A stretch of 64,000 bases of DNA, from NCBI GenBank assembly GCA_001918745.1, contig MNGN01000053.1:2435-66434 (forward strand). Direction: 5' to 3'. Of this stretch, positions 20,406 through 29,610 are shown piece by piece (the stretch's first letter is position 1; the number at the start of each line of letters is the position of its first letter). The notes beneath the pieces are model-generated. The model was not told the DNA's origin and ran no database searches. It saw only the letters and a program-made list of their open reading frames with translations. Made by a program: the position numbers and the translations under genes. The DNA is from Crenarchaeota archaeon 13_1_40CM_3_52_17 (lineage in GTDB: Archaea > Thermoproteota > Bathyarchaeia > 40CM-2-53-6).

Positions 20406-21455
20406 TCACTTGATGAGCTTCTTTGCCAAGAGAAGTTCGGCGTTTAGGATGGAGCATCCCGCTCCACCCCGGACCAGATTGTGACCTAGAGCCATGTACT
20501 TGACACCGGTCAGCGCTGGGTCTCGCCGGACCCGTCCGACTGTTACCGTCATTCCATTTCCTTCATCGACATCGAGCCTTGTCTGTGGACGATCCTCTTC
20601 TTCACGGACGATAATCGGGTGTTCGGGTGCAGAGGGGAGTTTGAGCTGTTGAGGAGTTCCCTTGAATTCTCTCATCGCCTTTGCAATCTCGCTCGGAGTT
20701 GCAGGTGAGCGTGTCCGAGCAAAGACCGCTTCCATATGTCCGTGAATTGTCGGGACTCTGTTGCAGCTCGCGGAGACAGTGATCCCAGCGGGTTTTGCTA
20801 GTGTTCCGAGTATCTTGTTGGTTTCATGTTCGACTTTTTCCTCCTCGTTTCGGATGAAGGGAATGACGTTCTGCATGATATCGAGTGATGCAACTCCGGG
20901 GTAGCCTGCTCCGGACACGGCTTGCATCGATGACACGACAATGGTTTCGAGGCCGAACTTGTGATGGAGAGGTTTCAGGGAGAGGGTCAGAATGGCGGTA
21001 GTGCAGTTAGGGTTGGCGACAATGAACCCATCTGTCTTCAACCGTCTCCTCTGTTCTTCCACCATCACAGCGTGTTCAGGGTTTACTTCTGGATTCAGGA
21101 GCGGGACGAATTGATCCATTCTATGCGATGACGCGTTGGAGAATACTGGTATTCCCGCTCTCGCGAAATCCTCCTCTACTGGGCCTGCGACCTCCGCAGG
21201 CAGGGCCGAGAACGCGATGTCGGGGTCGTCTAGGGCCTTCGGCTTTGGCTCCGTAAGGACTAGTTCCCCCAGCTCATCGGGGAGGTCTCCTACTTTTCTT
21301 GACCCGATCGAGGACGCGTAATCCTTACCTACGCTCTTGTCGGATGCCGCGACCGCGCTCACCTCAAACCACGGGTGATGGGCCAATAGTTGCACGAATT
21401 TCTGGCCCATCATTCCGGTCGCGCCGAGGACGGCCACCTTTTTCCTGTTCATCAT
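20406..21455 (-). CDS. asd: Aspartate-semialdehyde dehydrogenase
   Basis: 349 aa with VAVLGATGMMGQ, NPNCTT (active-site Cys) and a C-terminal GHNLVRGGAG. Confidence 0.95.
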   Translation of the reverse strand: MMNRKKVAVLGATGMMGQKFVQLLAHHPWFEVSAVAASDKSVGKDYASSIGSRKVGDLPDELGELVLTEPKPKALDDPDIAFSALPAEVAGPVEEDFARAGIPVFSNASSHRMDQFVPLLNPEVNPEHAVMVEEQRRRLKTDGFIVANPNCTTAILTLSLKPLHHKFGLETIVVSSMQAVSGAGYPGVASLDIMQNVIPFIRNEEEKVEHETNKILGTLAKPAGITVSASCNRVPTIHGHMEAVFARTRSPATPSEIAKAMREFKGTPQQLKLPSAPEHPIIVREEEDRPQTRLDVDEGNGMTVTVGRVRRDPALTGVKYMALGHNLVRGGAGCSILNAELLLAKKLIK

Positions 21456-21456
21456 T

Positions 21457-22803
21457 CTAGTTGTTCTCCAGAGAGTTTCTGATCAACTTTCCAGCCTGTT
21501 TCCTAATCTTCCAGTCCACTAGGACTAAGATGGAGGAGGTTATGGTGAGGATGCCGAATATGTTGATGTTACCTGAGTGAAGGGCATCGCTTATTTTCGC
21601 GACCAGTCCCGGCGTTTCCTCCAAGCCAACCCCTTTGATCTTGATGAGAGCCATTCCCATCCTCGCGGCAAGTGCAAGACCGTGAGGATCGTTGGCGACG
21701 ACATCATGAAGTCGGGATATTTGTCGTCGCAGGCTCGGCGTTTGGCTGAGGTAGAGTATGGCGCTATCACTGTCTTGCGAGATAGCGACAAGATTCGTTC
21801 TGATGATCTCTGTGACTTTACGGATGAGTTCTGGATTCTGGGGGAGGTCTCTTCCTACAAGGGTTATTGAGGCTACAGGGTCTGGATTGTGGATTTTCAC
21901 TTCCAGCTCAGGAAGCGGTCCTCCAGTGATCTGCGTCCCCTGTGCGTCGAGTCTTCCGGCCGCGCTTGGTATGACTCGGATGTTGATTGCCGGGTCTTTG
22001 TATCGTAGTGCTTTTCGATGGATGAATTTTGTTCCGGTGTCCGCGATTCCAATCAGCGCTTTCATGTCTATCGTTTTGAGAACTTGTGCGTTTTTGATGA
22101 GGTCGGGGTCTCCGGTGAGGATTCCTTGCGCGCTGGTCGCCAGGACGACCTCGTCTGCTCCGAGAGCAGTGGCGATCAGAAGAGCGGTGGTGTCGCTTCC
22201 TCCGCGTCCGAGTGTCGTGATCCTTCCGTCTCTGGTGCGGCCTATGAAGCCACCGATAACAGGGATAAGTCCGTCTTCTACTATGGGTTTCACATATTTT
22301 CGTATTCGATGGATGCTCGCTTCTCGCGACGGGTTCGCGTTTGAAAAGTCATGATCAGTTATGATTGGCCAATCTCGGTCTGAGGGGTCGAAATGTCGGG
22401 TTTGTATTCCGCGTGCTTTCAGTGATGCTGCGAAGATTCGGGCGCTGGTTCTCTCGCCCATCGCGAGAATATCATCTCTATCGGTCTCTACTATTCCCGC
22501 GCCGTGATTGGTGAGTTCGAGAAGCTCATCAGTAGTTCTTCCAACAGCACTGACTACTACGACTATCCTGTTTCCTCGAGAGTATTCTCTGGCAACAGAT
22601 TCTGCGGCGAGGCCGATCTTTTTCCCGTTGGATAGACTGGATCCTCCAAACTTGGCTATGATGAGGCGGCGACGCTGATGTGCTCGCGCCTTCGCGTTGG
22701 GATTATATCCTATCTTTGTCGTTGTGAAGGATAGAGTCTGATTCTGGCGTTTAGACCTGGACGAGGGTCTCGGGAGCGGGTCTATGCCAGTAAAGATGAC
22801 CAC
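21457..22803 (-). CDS. Aspartate kinase with C-terminal ACT domains
   Basis: 448 aa with KFGGSS, GRGGSDTTA and ACT-like repeats. About 45 N-terminal residues before KFGG are low-complexity, so the true start may lie downstream, but no canonical start codon is present there. Confidence 0.88.
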   Translation of the reverse strand: MVIFTGIDPLPRPSSRSKRQNQTLSFTTTKIGYNPNAKARAHQRRRLIIAKFGGSSLSNGKKIGLAAESVAREYSRGNRIVVVVSAVGRTTDELLELTNHGAGIVETDRDDILAMGERTSARIFAASLKARGIQTRHFDPSDRDWPIITDHDFSNANPSREASIHRIRKYVKPIVEDGLIPVIGGFIGRTRDGRITTLGRGGSDTTALLIATALGADEVVLATSAQGILTGDPDLIKNAQVLKTIDMKALIGIADTGTKFIHRKALRYKDPAINIRVIPSAAGRLDAQGTQITGGPLPELEVKIHNPDPVASITLVGRDLPQNPELIRKVTEIIRTNLVAISQDSDSAILYLSQTPSLRRQISRLHDVVANDPHGLALAARMGMALIKIKGVGLEETPGLVAKISDALHSGNINIFGILTITSSILVLVDWKIRKQAGKLIRNSLENN

Positions 22804-22947
22804 CCATCCCCGTTCACACCAGAGATGAGTTCCAATTAGGTTGCTCGCTTATTTAGCGTTATGGAATTACGTTCTTCGATCCCTCTCTTTAGGAGAAAGA
22901 GAATGAGGGTGTGAACTGGACCTGGAGTGCCCTGGTGCCGAGCTAGT

Positions 22948-23460
22948 CTAGCTTGCTCCGATTATCATCAGGATTAAGGCGATTCCGAGCAGGCCGACAC
23001 CTAGTCGTCCAGCCATTCCCATCCTCCATTGCAGCCTCGCGATCTGCGCCGAAGTTGGATCTTGAGCCGTTGGTTCTGCTTGTGGTTTGGGACCTTGTTT
23101 TACGAGTGATACGAGTTTCCGGCCTGAGGGGACTAGGATTCCGAGCGCAATTATGAGGACGATCAGTCCTAGAACGGCGCCAGCTTGAATGTAGGTGAGC
23201 CCGGGGAAACCTGAGGCGGGAGAGGTTGCGAAGTAGTACCCGTACAGGATGAGTCCGGCTATTATTGCGAGGATTGAGCTTCCGGTGATGAACGTGAGGT
23301 ATCTTGGCAGCGCGGACAGGATGAATTCAGCTCTGGAAGCCGGAGACATTTTGGAGAGCGAGGGAATGATGACGGAGACGAAGAGTGCGGCTCCTCCCAT
23401 CCAAGCAACTATTGCTCCAATGTGGAGGATTAGAAGAACGAGGAATAGTGCTTCAGCCAT
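22948..23460 (-). CDS. Integral membrane protein (4 TM, CopD/DUF2269-like look), function unknown
   Basis: 170 aa with four clear hydrophobic helices. No recognisable catalytic motif. Confidence 0.5.
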   Translation of the reverse strand: MAEALFLVLLILHIGAIVAWMGGAALFVSVIIPSLSKMSPASRAEFILSALPRYLTFITGSSILAIIAGLILYGYYFATSPASGFPGLTYIQAGAVLGLIVLIIALGILVPSGRKLVSLVKQGPKPQAEPTAQDPTSAQIARLQWRMGMAGRLGVGLLGIALILMIIGAS

Positions 23461-23602
23461 ATATTCGAACCGGTTCGAGGATGACGGTTCTGATTATTAT
23501 GATGTACTATCCGTTCCCCAAATCTACCTTTTTCCGTAGAAAACATAGAATGGGAACACTGAACAACGAGTTGGAGAGAAATAAAATCACTAGTCGAGAG
23601 GA

Positions 23603-23795
23603 GTTCTAAAATCGCTCTTAAATCGAATTACTGAAACGTATTCGAAACCGCAGCTTAAGCCGGTAACTGAAACGCTCCTGAAACTAGTTGCTGACTAGGT
23701 TCTGAAATCGCTTCTCGAAACAGGTTTTAAAACCAGTTTTGAAACGGTTCTTGAAACCAATCCTGAAAAAAGCGACTGAATCGCTAGCTGAAACG
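23603..23795. repeat. About 16 tandem copies of a degenerate 12 bp unit (consensus roughly nnTnCTGAAAcg)
   Basis: Read directly: gttctaaaatcg ctcttaaatcga attactgaaacg tattcgaaaccg cagcttaagccg gtaactgaaacg ctcctgaaacta gttgctgactag gttctgaaatcg cttctcgaaaca ggttttaaaacc agttttgaaacg gttcttgaaacc aatcctgaaaaa agcgactgaatcg ctagctgaaacg. Non-coding: the repeat register has in-frame TAG and TGA. Confidence 0.85.
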
Positions 23796-23904
23796 ACAAC
23801 AGTGAATTTTCTAGCCCCCGGGGCCTACTCGAGTCGCGCGCCGCCCCGCGCATGTTCCGTTCAAGAACTCTTAATGCCAACCCAGCTCTCTATTCCCATC
23901 GTCC

Positions 23905-25731
23905 TTGTGTGGAATATTCGGCTGCGTCCTCCACGACAACAAACAAGCCGCCCCTCTCATCCACGCCGCCCTCAAACGGCTAGAGTACCGTGGATACGAC
24001 TCAGTCGGCGAAGTAACGATATCGGATGGAACCCTTACAATAAAGAAGGATAGTGGACGGCTTGACGAGGTCCACGCCAAGTACAACCTCGACGATCTCC
24101 CCGGACCTGTAGGCGTCGGACATACCCGCTGGGCAACACACGGCCGTCCAGTCAAGGAAAACTCTCACCCGTTGGTCGACTGCAAGTCCCGAATCGCAGT
24201 CGTCCATAACGGTATCATCGAAAACTATCTCGACCTCAAACGCGAACTCGAAACCAGAGGACACCGGTTCCTGTCAAGAACTGACACCGAGGTTGTCCCT
24301 CACTTGGTTGAGGAATATCTCAACCAGGGGCTCAGTCTCGAAGAAGCATTCCGGAAGACCATCAACCGACTAGAGGGAGCCTACTCGATCGTTCTAACAA
24401 GTGCGGAGAAACCGAAGACGATCTTGTGCGCCCGCCAAGAAAGCCCCCTAGTCCTCGGGCTTGGAGATGGAGAGTACTACTGTGCCAGCGACATAGCCGC
24501 CTTCCTTCCCCTAACTCGGAAAGCCATGATCCTGGAAGAGGGAGAAATGGCCTTTCTGGACCCAAATGGGATCAAGATCCTCAAGGCGAAAAACGGCGTA
24601 TCCGTAAAGAGAGATCCTATCACCATAACCTGGGACCCGGAGTCCGCCAAGAAACAGGGTTTCCGACACTTCATGCTCAAGGAAATCCACGAGCAAGTCC
24701 ATACGATAAGGGACGCGATGGGGACGCACGAGATCTACTATGACCTCCTCGCAAGCAAACTGATGAACGCAGAGAACGTGTTCATCGTCGCCTGCGGAAC
24801 CTCATACCACGCCTCCCTCGTAGGAGGACAAGCCCTCATGAAACTGGCCGGAATGAACGCGAGAGTCATCGTTGCCTCCGAGTTCTCGGACGAAGCCCTC
24901 GACCTCGTCAACTCCAAAACCGCCATCCTCGCCGTAAGCCAGTCAGGTGAGACCATGGACACTCTCAACGCCGTCAGAGACGCGAAGGCCAAGGGCGCCT
25001 CAATTGTCAGTATAACAAACGTTTTGGGTTCCACGTTAATGCGATTGTCCGACGTATACATCGGACAGAACGCGGGACCAGAAATCGGGGTCGCATCAAC
25101 AAAGGCCTTCACCTCACAAGTCACCGTTCTCCTCAGACTCGCCATCGCGATTGGTAGAAAGAAGGGGGAAGTCTCATCGAAAGAGATCAGCGAACTCGAA
25201 GACGCTCTACATCGAACCCCTGCCTTGATCCAGAACCTGCTAACCACGAAGGTGGAGAACGTGAAGAAGATTGCCGAGAGCTGCAGCGGCGCATCGAGCA
25301 TCGCCTTTCTCGGGAGAGGAATCAACGTGCCAACCTCCCTGGAAGGACGATTGAAACTCCTAGAGCTGAGCTACATCCCAGCAATGGCGTACCCAGCAGG
25401 CGAGAGCAAACACGGCTTCATCGCGCTCATCGAAGAAGGATTCCCGGTAGTATTTGTCGCACCGAAGGACGAGACTCACAAGAAAATAGTCGGTAATATT
25501 ATGGAGATGAAGGCTCGTGGAGCAAGAATAATCTCGATCATCGAAGAGGGAGACGAGGAGATCAGAAACCTATCTGACGATGTGATAGAAATACCGGACT
25601 CCCTTCCATCGCTCGCCACCCCCATCGCCTATGTCGTTCCACTGCAACTCCTGGCCTACTACATGTCAGTAATACTAGGCCATGATCCCGACTATCCAAG
25701 AAATCTGGCCAAGAGCGTCACTGTAGAATAG
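23905..25731 (+). CDS. glmS: Glutamine--fructose-6-phosphate aminotransferase (isomerizing)
   Basis: 608 aa. TTG start followed by CGIFG (nucleophilic Cys2), two SIS domains, and a C-terminal ...AKSVTVE. Confidence 0.95.
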   Translation: MCGIFGCVLHDNKQAAPLIHAALKRLEYRGYDSVGEVTISDGTLTIKKDSGRLDEVHAKYNLDDLPGPVGVGHTRWATHGRPVKENSHPLVDCKSRIAVVHNGIIENYLDLKRELETRGHRFLSRTDTEVVPHLVEEYLNQGLSLEEAFRKTINRLEGAYSIVLTSAEKPKTILCARQESPLVLGLGDGEYYCASDIAAFLPLTRKAMILEEGEMAFLDPNGIKILKAKNGVSVKRDPITITWDPESAKKQGFRHFMLKEIHEQVHTIRDAMGTHEIYYDLLASKLMNAENVFIVACGTSYHASLVGGQALMKLAGMNARVIVASEFSDEALDLVNSKTAILAVSQSGETMDTLNAVRDAKAKGASIVSITNVLGSTLMRLSDVYIGQNAGPEIGVASTKAFTSQVTVLLRLAIAIGRKKGEVSSKEISELEDALHRTPALIQNLLTTKVENVKKIAESCSGASSIAFLGRGINVPTSLEGRLKLLELSYIPAMAYPAGESKHGFIALIEEGFPVVFVAPKDETHKKIVGNIMEMKARGARIISIIEEGDEEIRNLSDDVIEIPDSLPSLATPIAYVVPLQLLAYYMSVILGHDPDYPRNLAKSVTVE

Positions 25732-25749
25732 TCACGCCGAGGTCGCACG

Positions 25750-26142
25750 ATGGATATCGCTGAAGAACAGCGAATGCTAGAGGAGAAAGTCGGCAAGGCC
25801 TTGGAAGAGGCAAGGACCAAGCTCGAAATGGCTCTGGATAGTCTCTCCAAAGGCGGGGCGGACTCTGAAAAGAGAGTCTGGTTGGCCGAGGAAGCATCCG
25901 AGTACAGCAGCCTTCTGTACTCACTCACCTACGGTCTCGAGGACGAGGATCCGCCTGTTCCAGTGCGGAAAAGGAACGCCGAGTCTATTCCACTTGTCAA
26001 GGAATCAGCGGAATCCCTAAAGCTTGCAACAGAGCTTCGGGGTAAATTACCCCTAGAAGGATACCGGCATCTCAGGAACGCTGTTTACAAGCTTCGGCAA
26101 GCGCACTATATTCTCGAAAAAGCTGGTATGAAAAAGCGCTAG
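25750..26142 (+). CDS. Hypothetical helical protein
   Basis: 130 aa, charged and helical, no motif recognised. Codon usage looks coding; lies between glmS and cofD. Confidence 0.45.
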   Translation: MDIAEEQRMLEEKVGKALEEARTKLEMALDSLSKGGADSEKRVWLAEEASEYSSLLYSLTYGLEDEDPPVPVRKRNAESIPLVKESAESLKLATELRGKLPLEGYRHLRNAVYKLRQAHYILEKAGMKKR

Positions 26143-26192
26143 CCTTTAACTAGAGGCTTGGCTCGCGCAAACCCTCTCTCGGGCGCTTCACC

Positions 26193-27131
26193 ATGTTCCG
26201 ATCGGTAGTATGCCTTGCAGGCGGCGTTGGTGCAGCGCGTTTCTTGGACGGGCTTGCTCAAGTCCTTCCGCCGGAAAAGGTAACAGCGGTCGTCAACACT
26301 GGAGACGACCTTGACTATCTTGGGATCCACATCAGCCCTGACATTGACATTGTCACGTACACGCTCGCGGGAATCGTTGACGCGGAAAAGGGATACGGGA
26401 TCTCGGGAGACACTTACAACTGCATGGCACAACTCGAACGATACTCGGCCGAAACATGGTTCCGGATCGGAGACCGAGATTTCGCGACCCACCTTCTCAG
26501 AACCGCTTTCCTTCAACAGGGTTTCAGCCAGTCGGAACTGACCGAGAAAATACGAACGCTCTTGGGAGTGAAGGTCAGGATTCTGCCTATGACCGACCAG
26601 ATGGTTGCTACCAAGATCAAGACCTCTGCCGGACTTTTAGATTTTCAGGAGTATTTTGTCAAAAGAAAATTCGAGGATAACGTGGAAGACGTAAGCTACG
26701 AGGGCGCGAGCATAGCAACACCTGCGCCGGGCGTGGTGGAGTCGATAGAGAAGTCAGAGGTCATCATCCTCTGCCCGAGCAACCCCATTCTCAGCATCGG
26801 ACCAATCCTTGCCATACCCGGAATTCGCGACGCGCTAGCGAAGACTAAGGGCCGAATTCTCGGGATCAGTCCAATCGTTGGAGGAAGATCGATAAAGGGT
26901 CCGTTGGATCGTATCATGCGTCACTTAGGACTGGACGTCTCTCCCCTCGGAGTCGCCCAGCTCTACAAAGGACTGCTCAGAGGCTTCGTTATCGATGATA
27001 TCGACAGTGCCGTCGCCCCCAAAATTAAGGATCTTGGAATGAGAGTAGCCTCAACCCAAACGATAATGGATTCCCGGGCGGCTAGAGTCCGATTGGCAGA
27101 AGATACCTTGAAGCTGGCGGAGACCCTTTGA
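26193..27131 (+). CDS. cofD: 2-phospho-L-lactate transferase (F420 biosynthesis)
   Basis: 312 aa with CLAGGVGAARFL, VVNTGDD and SNPILSIGPIL, typical CofD/FbiA motifs. Confidence 0.9.
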   Translation: MFRSVVCLAGGVGAARFLDGLAQVLPPEKVTAVVNTGDDLDYLGIHISPDIDIVTYTLAGIVDAEKGYGISGDTYNCMAQLERYSAETWFRIGDRDFATHLLRTAFLQQGFSQSELTEKIRTLLGVKVRILPMTDQMVATKIKTSAGLLDFQEYFVKRKFEDNVEDVSYEGASIATPAPGVVESIEKSEVIILCPSNPILSIGPILAIPGIRDALAKTKGRILGISPIVGGRSIKGPLDRIMRHLGLDVSPLGVAQLYKGLLRGFVIDDIDSAVAPKIKDLGMRVASTQTIMDSRAARVRLAEDTLKLAETL

Positions 27132-27805
27132 CAAAGGACTTCGCAATCATCCCTGTGAAAGGACTGCTCGATAGTAAGAGCAGGCTTTCCCGCGCCTTAG
27201 ATCCACAGGACAAGAAAAAACTCATCATTGCATTGCTCAGAGACGTGCTGGCCGCAGTCGAAGATGCTGAATTGTTCAACCGAGTCTTGGTTGTTTCGCC
27301 TGATCCAAGTGTCGAGAAAGAAGCAAAGTTACCAGCCGGGACATTTTTCCGCCAAGAAGGGCAAGGGCTCAACGCAGGCGTCCGGCAGTCTACGCTCTTT
27401 GCGACTCGTGAGAAGTCGTCGTCAGTGGCTGTTCTATTGGCAGATATTCCTCTGATGGAAGCACGAGATTTGAAAGAGTTGTACTCTGCGGGGGACACCA
27501 CGCCGCGAGTCGTACTGTCCCCTTCTCTCAAGGGTGGGACCAACGCGATGGTGCGAGAGCCTCCTAACATTATCTCTCCCGCGTATGGAAGATGGAGCTT
27601 CAGTACCCATCTCAGGGCAGCACAGAAAACAGGGCTATCTGTGTACTCGGTTTCAAATCCACGTTTGTCCTTCGATGTCGATACTCCCGAAGACTTGATC
27701 ATGATGGGGAGACGGGACCCTAATGGAAAGACGCACACTGCTCGATGTCTTCAAGAAATGACATTGCTTCATTCCATCGCACGAACTTCAGGCAGTGCGC
27801 ATTAG
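27128..27805 (+). CDS. cofC: 2-phospho-L-lactate guanylyltransferase (F420 biosynthesis)
   Basis: 225 aa with AIIPVKGLLDSKSRL and GTNAM motifs. 4 nt overlap with cofD. Confidence 0.85.
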   Translation: MTKDFAIIPVKGLLDSKSRLSRALDPQDKKKLIIALLRDVLAAVEDAELFNRVLVVSPDPSVEKEAKLPAGTFFRQEGQGLNAGVRQSTLFATREKSSSVAVLLADIPLMEARDLKELYSAGDTTPRVVLSPSLKGGTNAMVREPPNIISPAYGRWSFSTHLRAAQKTGLSVYSVSNPRLSFDVDTPEDLIMMGRRDPNGKTHTARCLQEMTLLHSIARTSGSAH

Positions 27806-27838
27806 ACTGGCAACTCAATTCTGAGTAGAAACTCTTTT

Positions 27839-28561
27839 ATGAGTACATCCTCTCCCCCGCCTGCTGAAATGCGCTCAACGAATCCTAGCATCAAACCAAC
27901 CGTCGTTATCGCAGGGGCAGCAACTTTTGGCGCTCTCGCGGCACTAATATCCCTGCTCGCTCCACCTGTGATTCAACCGTCATTTCCGATCTTGTTTTAC
28001 TTGAAATTCGACCTCGCGGAGATAGTTGATGTTACTGCGTTTCTCATATTTGGTCCCATAGCGGGGTTAGTTACTGCAACTGTTCACGCAACGATACTCA
28101 CCGCTGCTCCTGGAGGGGCAGGACCATTCGGGGCGAGTTTGAAGTTCCTATCTGTTCTTTCGACCTACGGTGGGTTGATAGTGGCTTCGAGACTCGGAAG
28201 ACACAAGCTCTTGAAGACTGGCTCGATAATGACTGTTTCAGGCGTGCTGACAAGAGTCGTCATCATGACCCTTGTGAACTATCTGTACCTAATTGTTCTT
28301 GCACAAGTTGTGTTTGGCGTGAACTACTCATATTTTGCGCAACTTACGTTAAGCGCGGTCGGAATTAATCTCACTGGAGATGGCTTTGTTTTCTACATAC
28401 TCGGGCTTACAGCGATCTTCAACGCGATCCATGCTGTATTCTCTATCGTTGTTTCGCTTGTGCTGGTGAACGCGATCTTGACAAGGGCCCCTCAGCTGGT
28501 AGCTGGGAGAGAGTGGATTCGCAGAACCCTGACTCTTCCATGGGCCTCAAAAAGTCCTTAG
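27839..28561 (+). CDS. Polytopic membrane protein resembling an ECF-transporter S component
   Basis: 240 aa, about 6 TM, with the pattern FDLAEIVDVTAFLIFGPIAGLV as in RibU-type S components. No ECF A/T genes nearby. Confidence 0.5.
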   Translation: MSTSSPPPAEMRSTNPSIKPTVVIAGAATFGALAALISLLAPPVIQPSFPILFYLKFDLAEIVDVTAFLIFGPIAGLVTATVHATILTAAPGGAGPFGASLKFLSVLSTYGGLIVASRLGRHKLLKTGSIMTVSGVLTRVVIMTLVNYLYLIVLAQVVFGVNYSYFAQLTLSAVGINLTGDGFVFYILGLTAIFNAIHAVFSIVVSLVLVNAILTRAPQLVAGREWIRRTLTLPWASKSP

Positions 28562-29610
28562 TTTCGCCGAACGATCGGGGCGGCTTGGATTCTAGCACTG
28601 CGGCTAACAGTCCTTAGGTCTATCAGGTCTTCCTCTTTGGGACCGGTACCGATAAGGGTCACTGGAACTCCAGTTTGTTTCTCGATCTCTGAGATGAAGG
28701 CCTTCGCCCCTTTATCGAGGTCTTCTATGTGCTGTGCGCCTTTTGCGGTTGGGAATAGCACGTCGAGCTTAGTAAGCGCGATCTGAGTTGCGCCGTTGAT
28801 TTGGACGGCTCTCTTTGCCAGTTTGAAATCGAAGGGCGCGGCTCTTCTCTCGCGCCCGGTAACAGTCCCAAACTCGGTCCAACCCCGACGTGCTACCTCA
28901 TCGCGATCTAGCTGGCCCTCTAGGGGTCCTTCTCCCACTCTTGTCACGTATGCTTTGAAGATGACTATGACTTCGTCAACTTGGGTAGGGCCAACTCCGA
29001 CGTCGGCGCAAGCTGAGGAAGCCGTCGTATCCTTAGAGGTGACGTAAGGGTAGGTTCCATGATAGAGACTTAGAAAAGTGCCCTGTGTCCCCTCAATCAT
29101 AATCTTCTTGTTCTCTGAAAGCGCTTTCTGAACTTCTCCCACTGTATCGCCGACGTAGGGTTTGAGGCTTGGAATCTGCTGGGCTAGTTTCACCATTCTC
29201 AAAGCTCGCTCGGCATTACATGCCCCGACCCCGCTTTTGGTAGAGCCCACTTTCTTTGAGAGATGGTCTGATCTTGATTCTTGCTCTTTGTGGCGAGGCT
29301 CAACGATAGCGCACTGATTGTCAACCTCGATCCTTCGTTCGGAGTCGGTTTTCCGGAGCTCGTCGAGTAAGACGGTAGGGTCAACTGGGACTCCGGGTCC
29401 GATAAGAAGGCTCGTCGAAGGGTCGACGAAGCCGCTCGGGATCAGCCTAAGAGAGTACTGGACTCCACCGTGGATCACAGTATGGCCGGCGTTAGGTCCG
29501 TTTCCACCCCTAATGCATATGTCGGGTTTGTCTCTCATTGCTAGATAAGCGGCTATCTTCCCCTTTCCCTCGTCTCCGAAGAACCCGCCGACAATGACCG
29601 TACAGGGCAA
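28558..29610 (-). CDS. purA: Adenylosuccinate synthetase (short archaeal form)
   Basis: 350 aa with GGFFGDEGKGK, GNGPNAGHT and TKSGVG motifs. TTG start. Confidence 0.95.
   Translation of the reverse strand: MPCTVIVGGFFGDEGKGKIAAYLAMRDKPDICIRGGNGPNAGHTVIHGGVQYSLRLIPSGFVDPSTSLLIGPGVPVDPTVLLDELRKTDSERRIEVDNQCAIVEPRHKEQESRSDHLSKKVGSTKSGVGACNAERALRMVKLAQQIPSLKPYVGDTVGEVQKALSENKKIMIEGTQGTFLSLYHGTYPYVTSKDTTASSACADVGVGPTQVDEVIVIFKAYVTRVGEGPLEGQLDRDEVARRGWTEFGTVTGRERRAAPFDFKLAKRAVQINGATQIALTKLDVLFPTAKGAQHIEDLDKGAKAFISEIEKQTGVPVTLIGTGPKEEDLIDLRTVSRSARIQAAPIVRRN

Noticed and set aside
23603-23795. CRISPR array or coding 4-residue repeat as the explanation for the 12 bp periodic region
   Set aside because: Units are contiguous with no unique spacers and are far shorter than CRISPR repeats. 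The repeat register contains TAG and TGA and has no start codon. The tracked ORFs crossing it (23739..24053, 23695..23880) have no protein-like features.
23796-23904. glmS ribozyme or riboswitch in the glmS leader
   Set aside because: None of the conserved glmS ribozyme core could be recognised, and that element is known from bacteria, not archaea. The leader shows only a CCCCCGGGG palindrome and a short GC-rich stretch.
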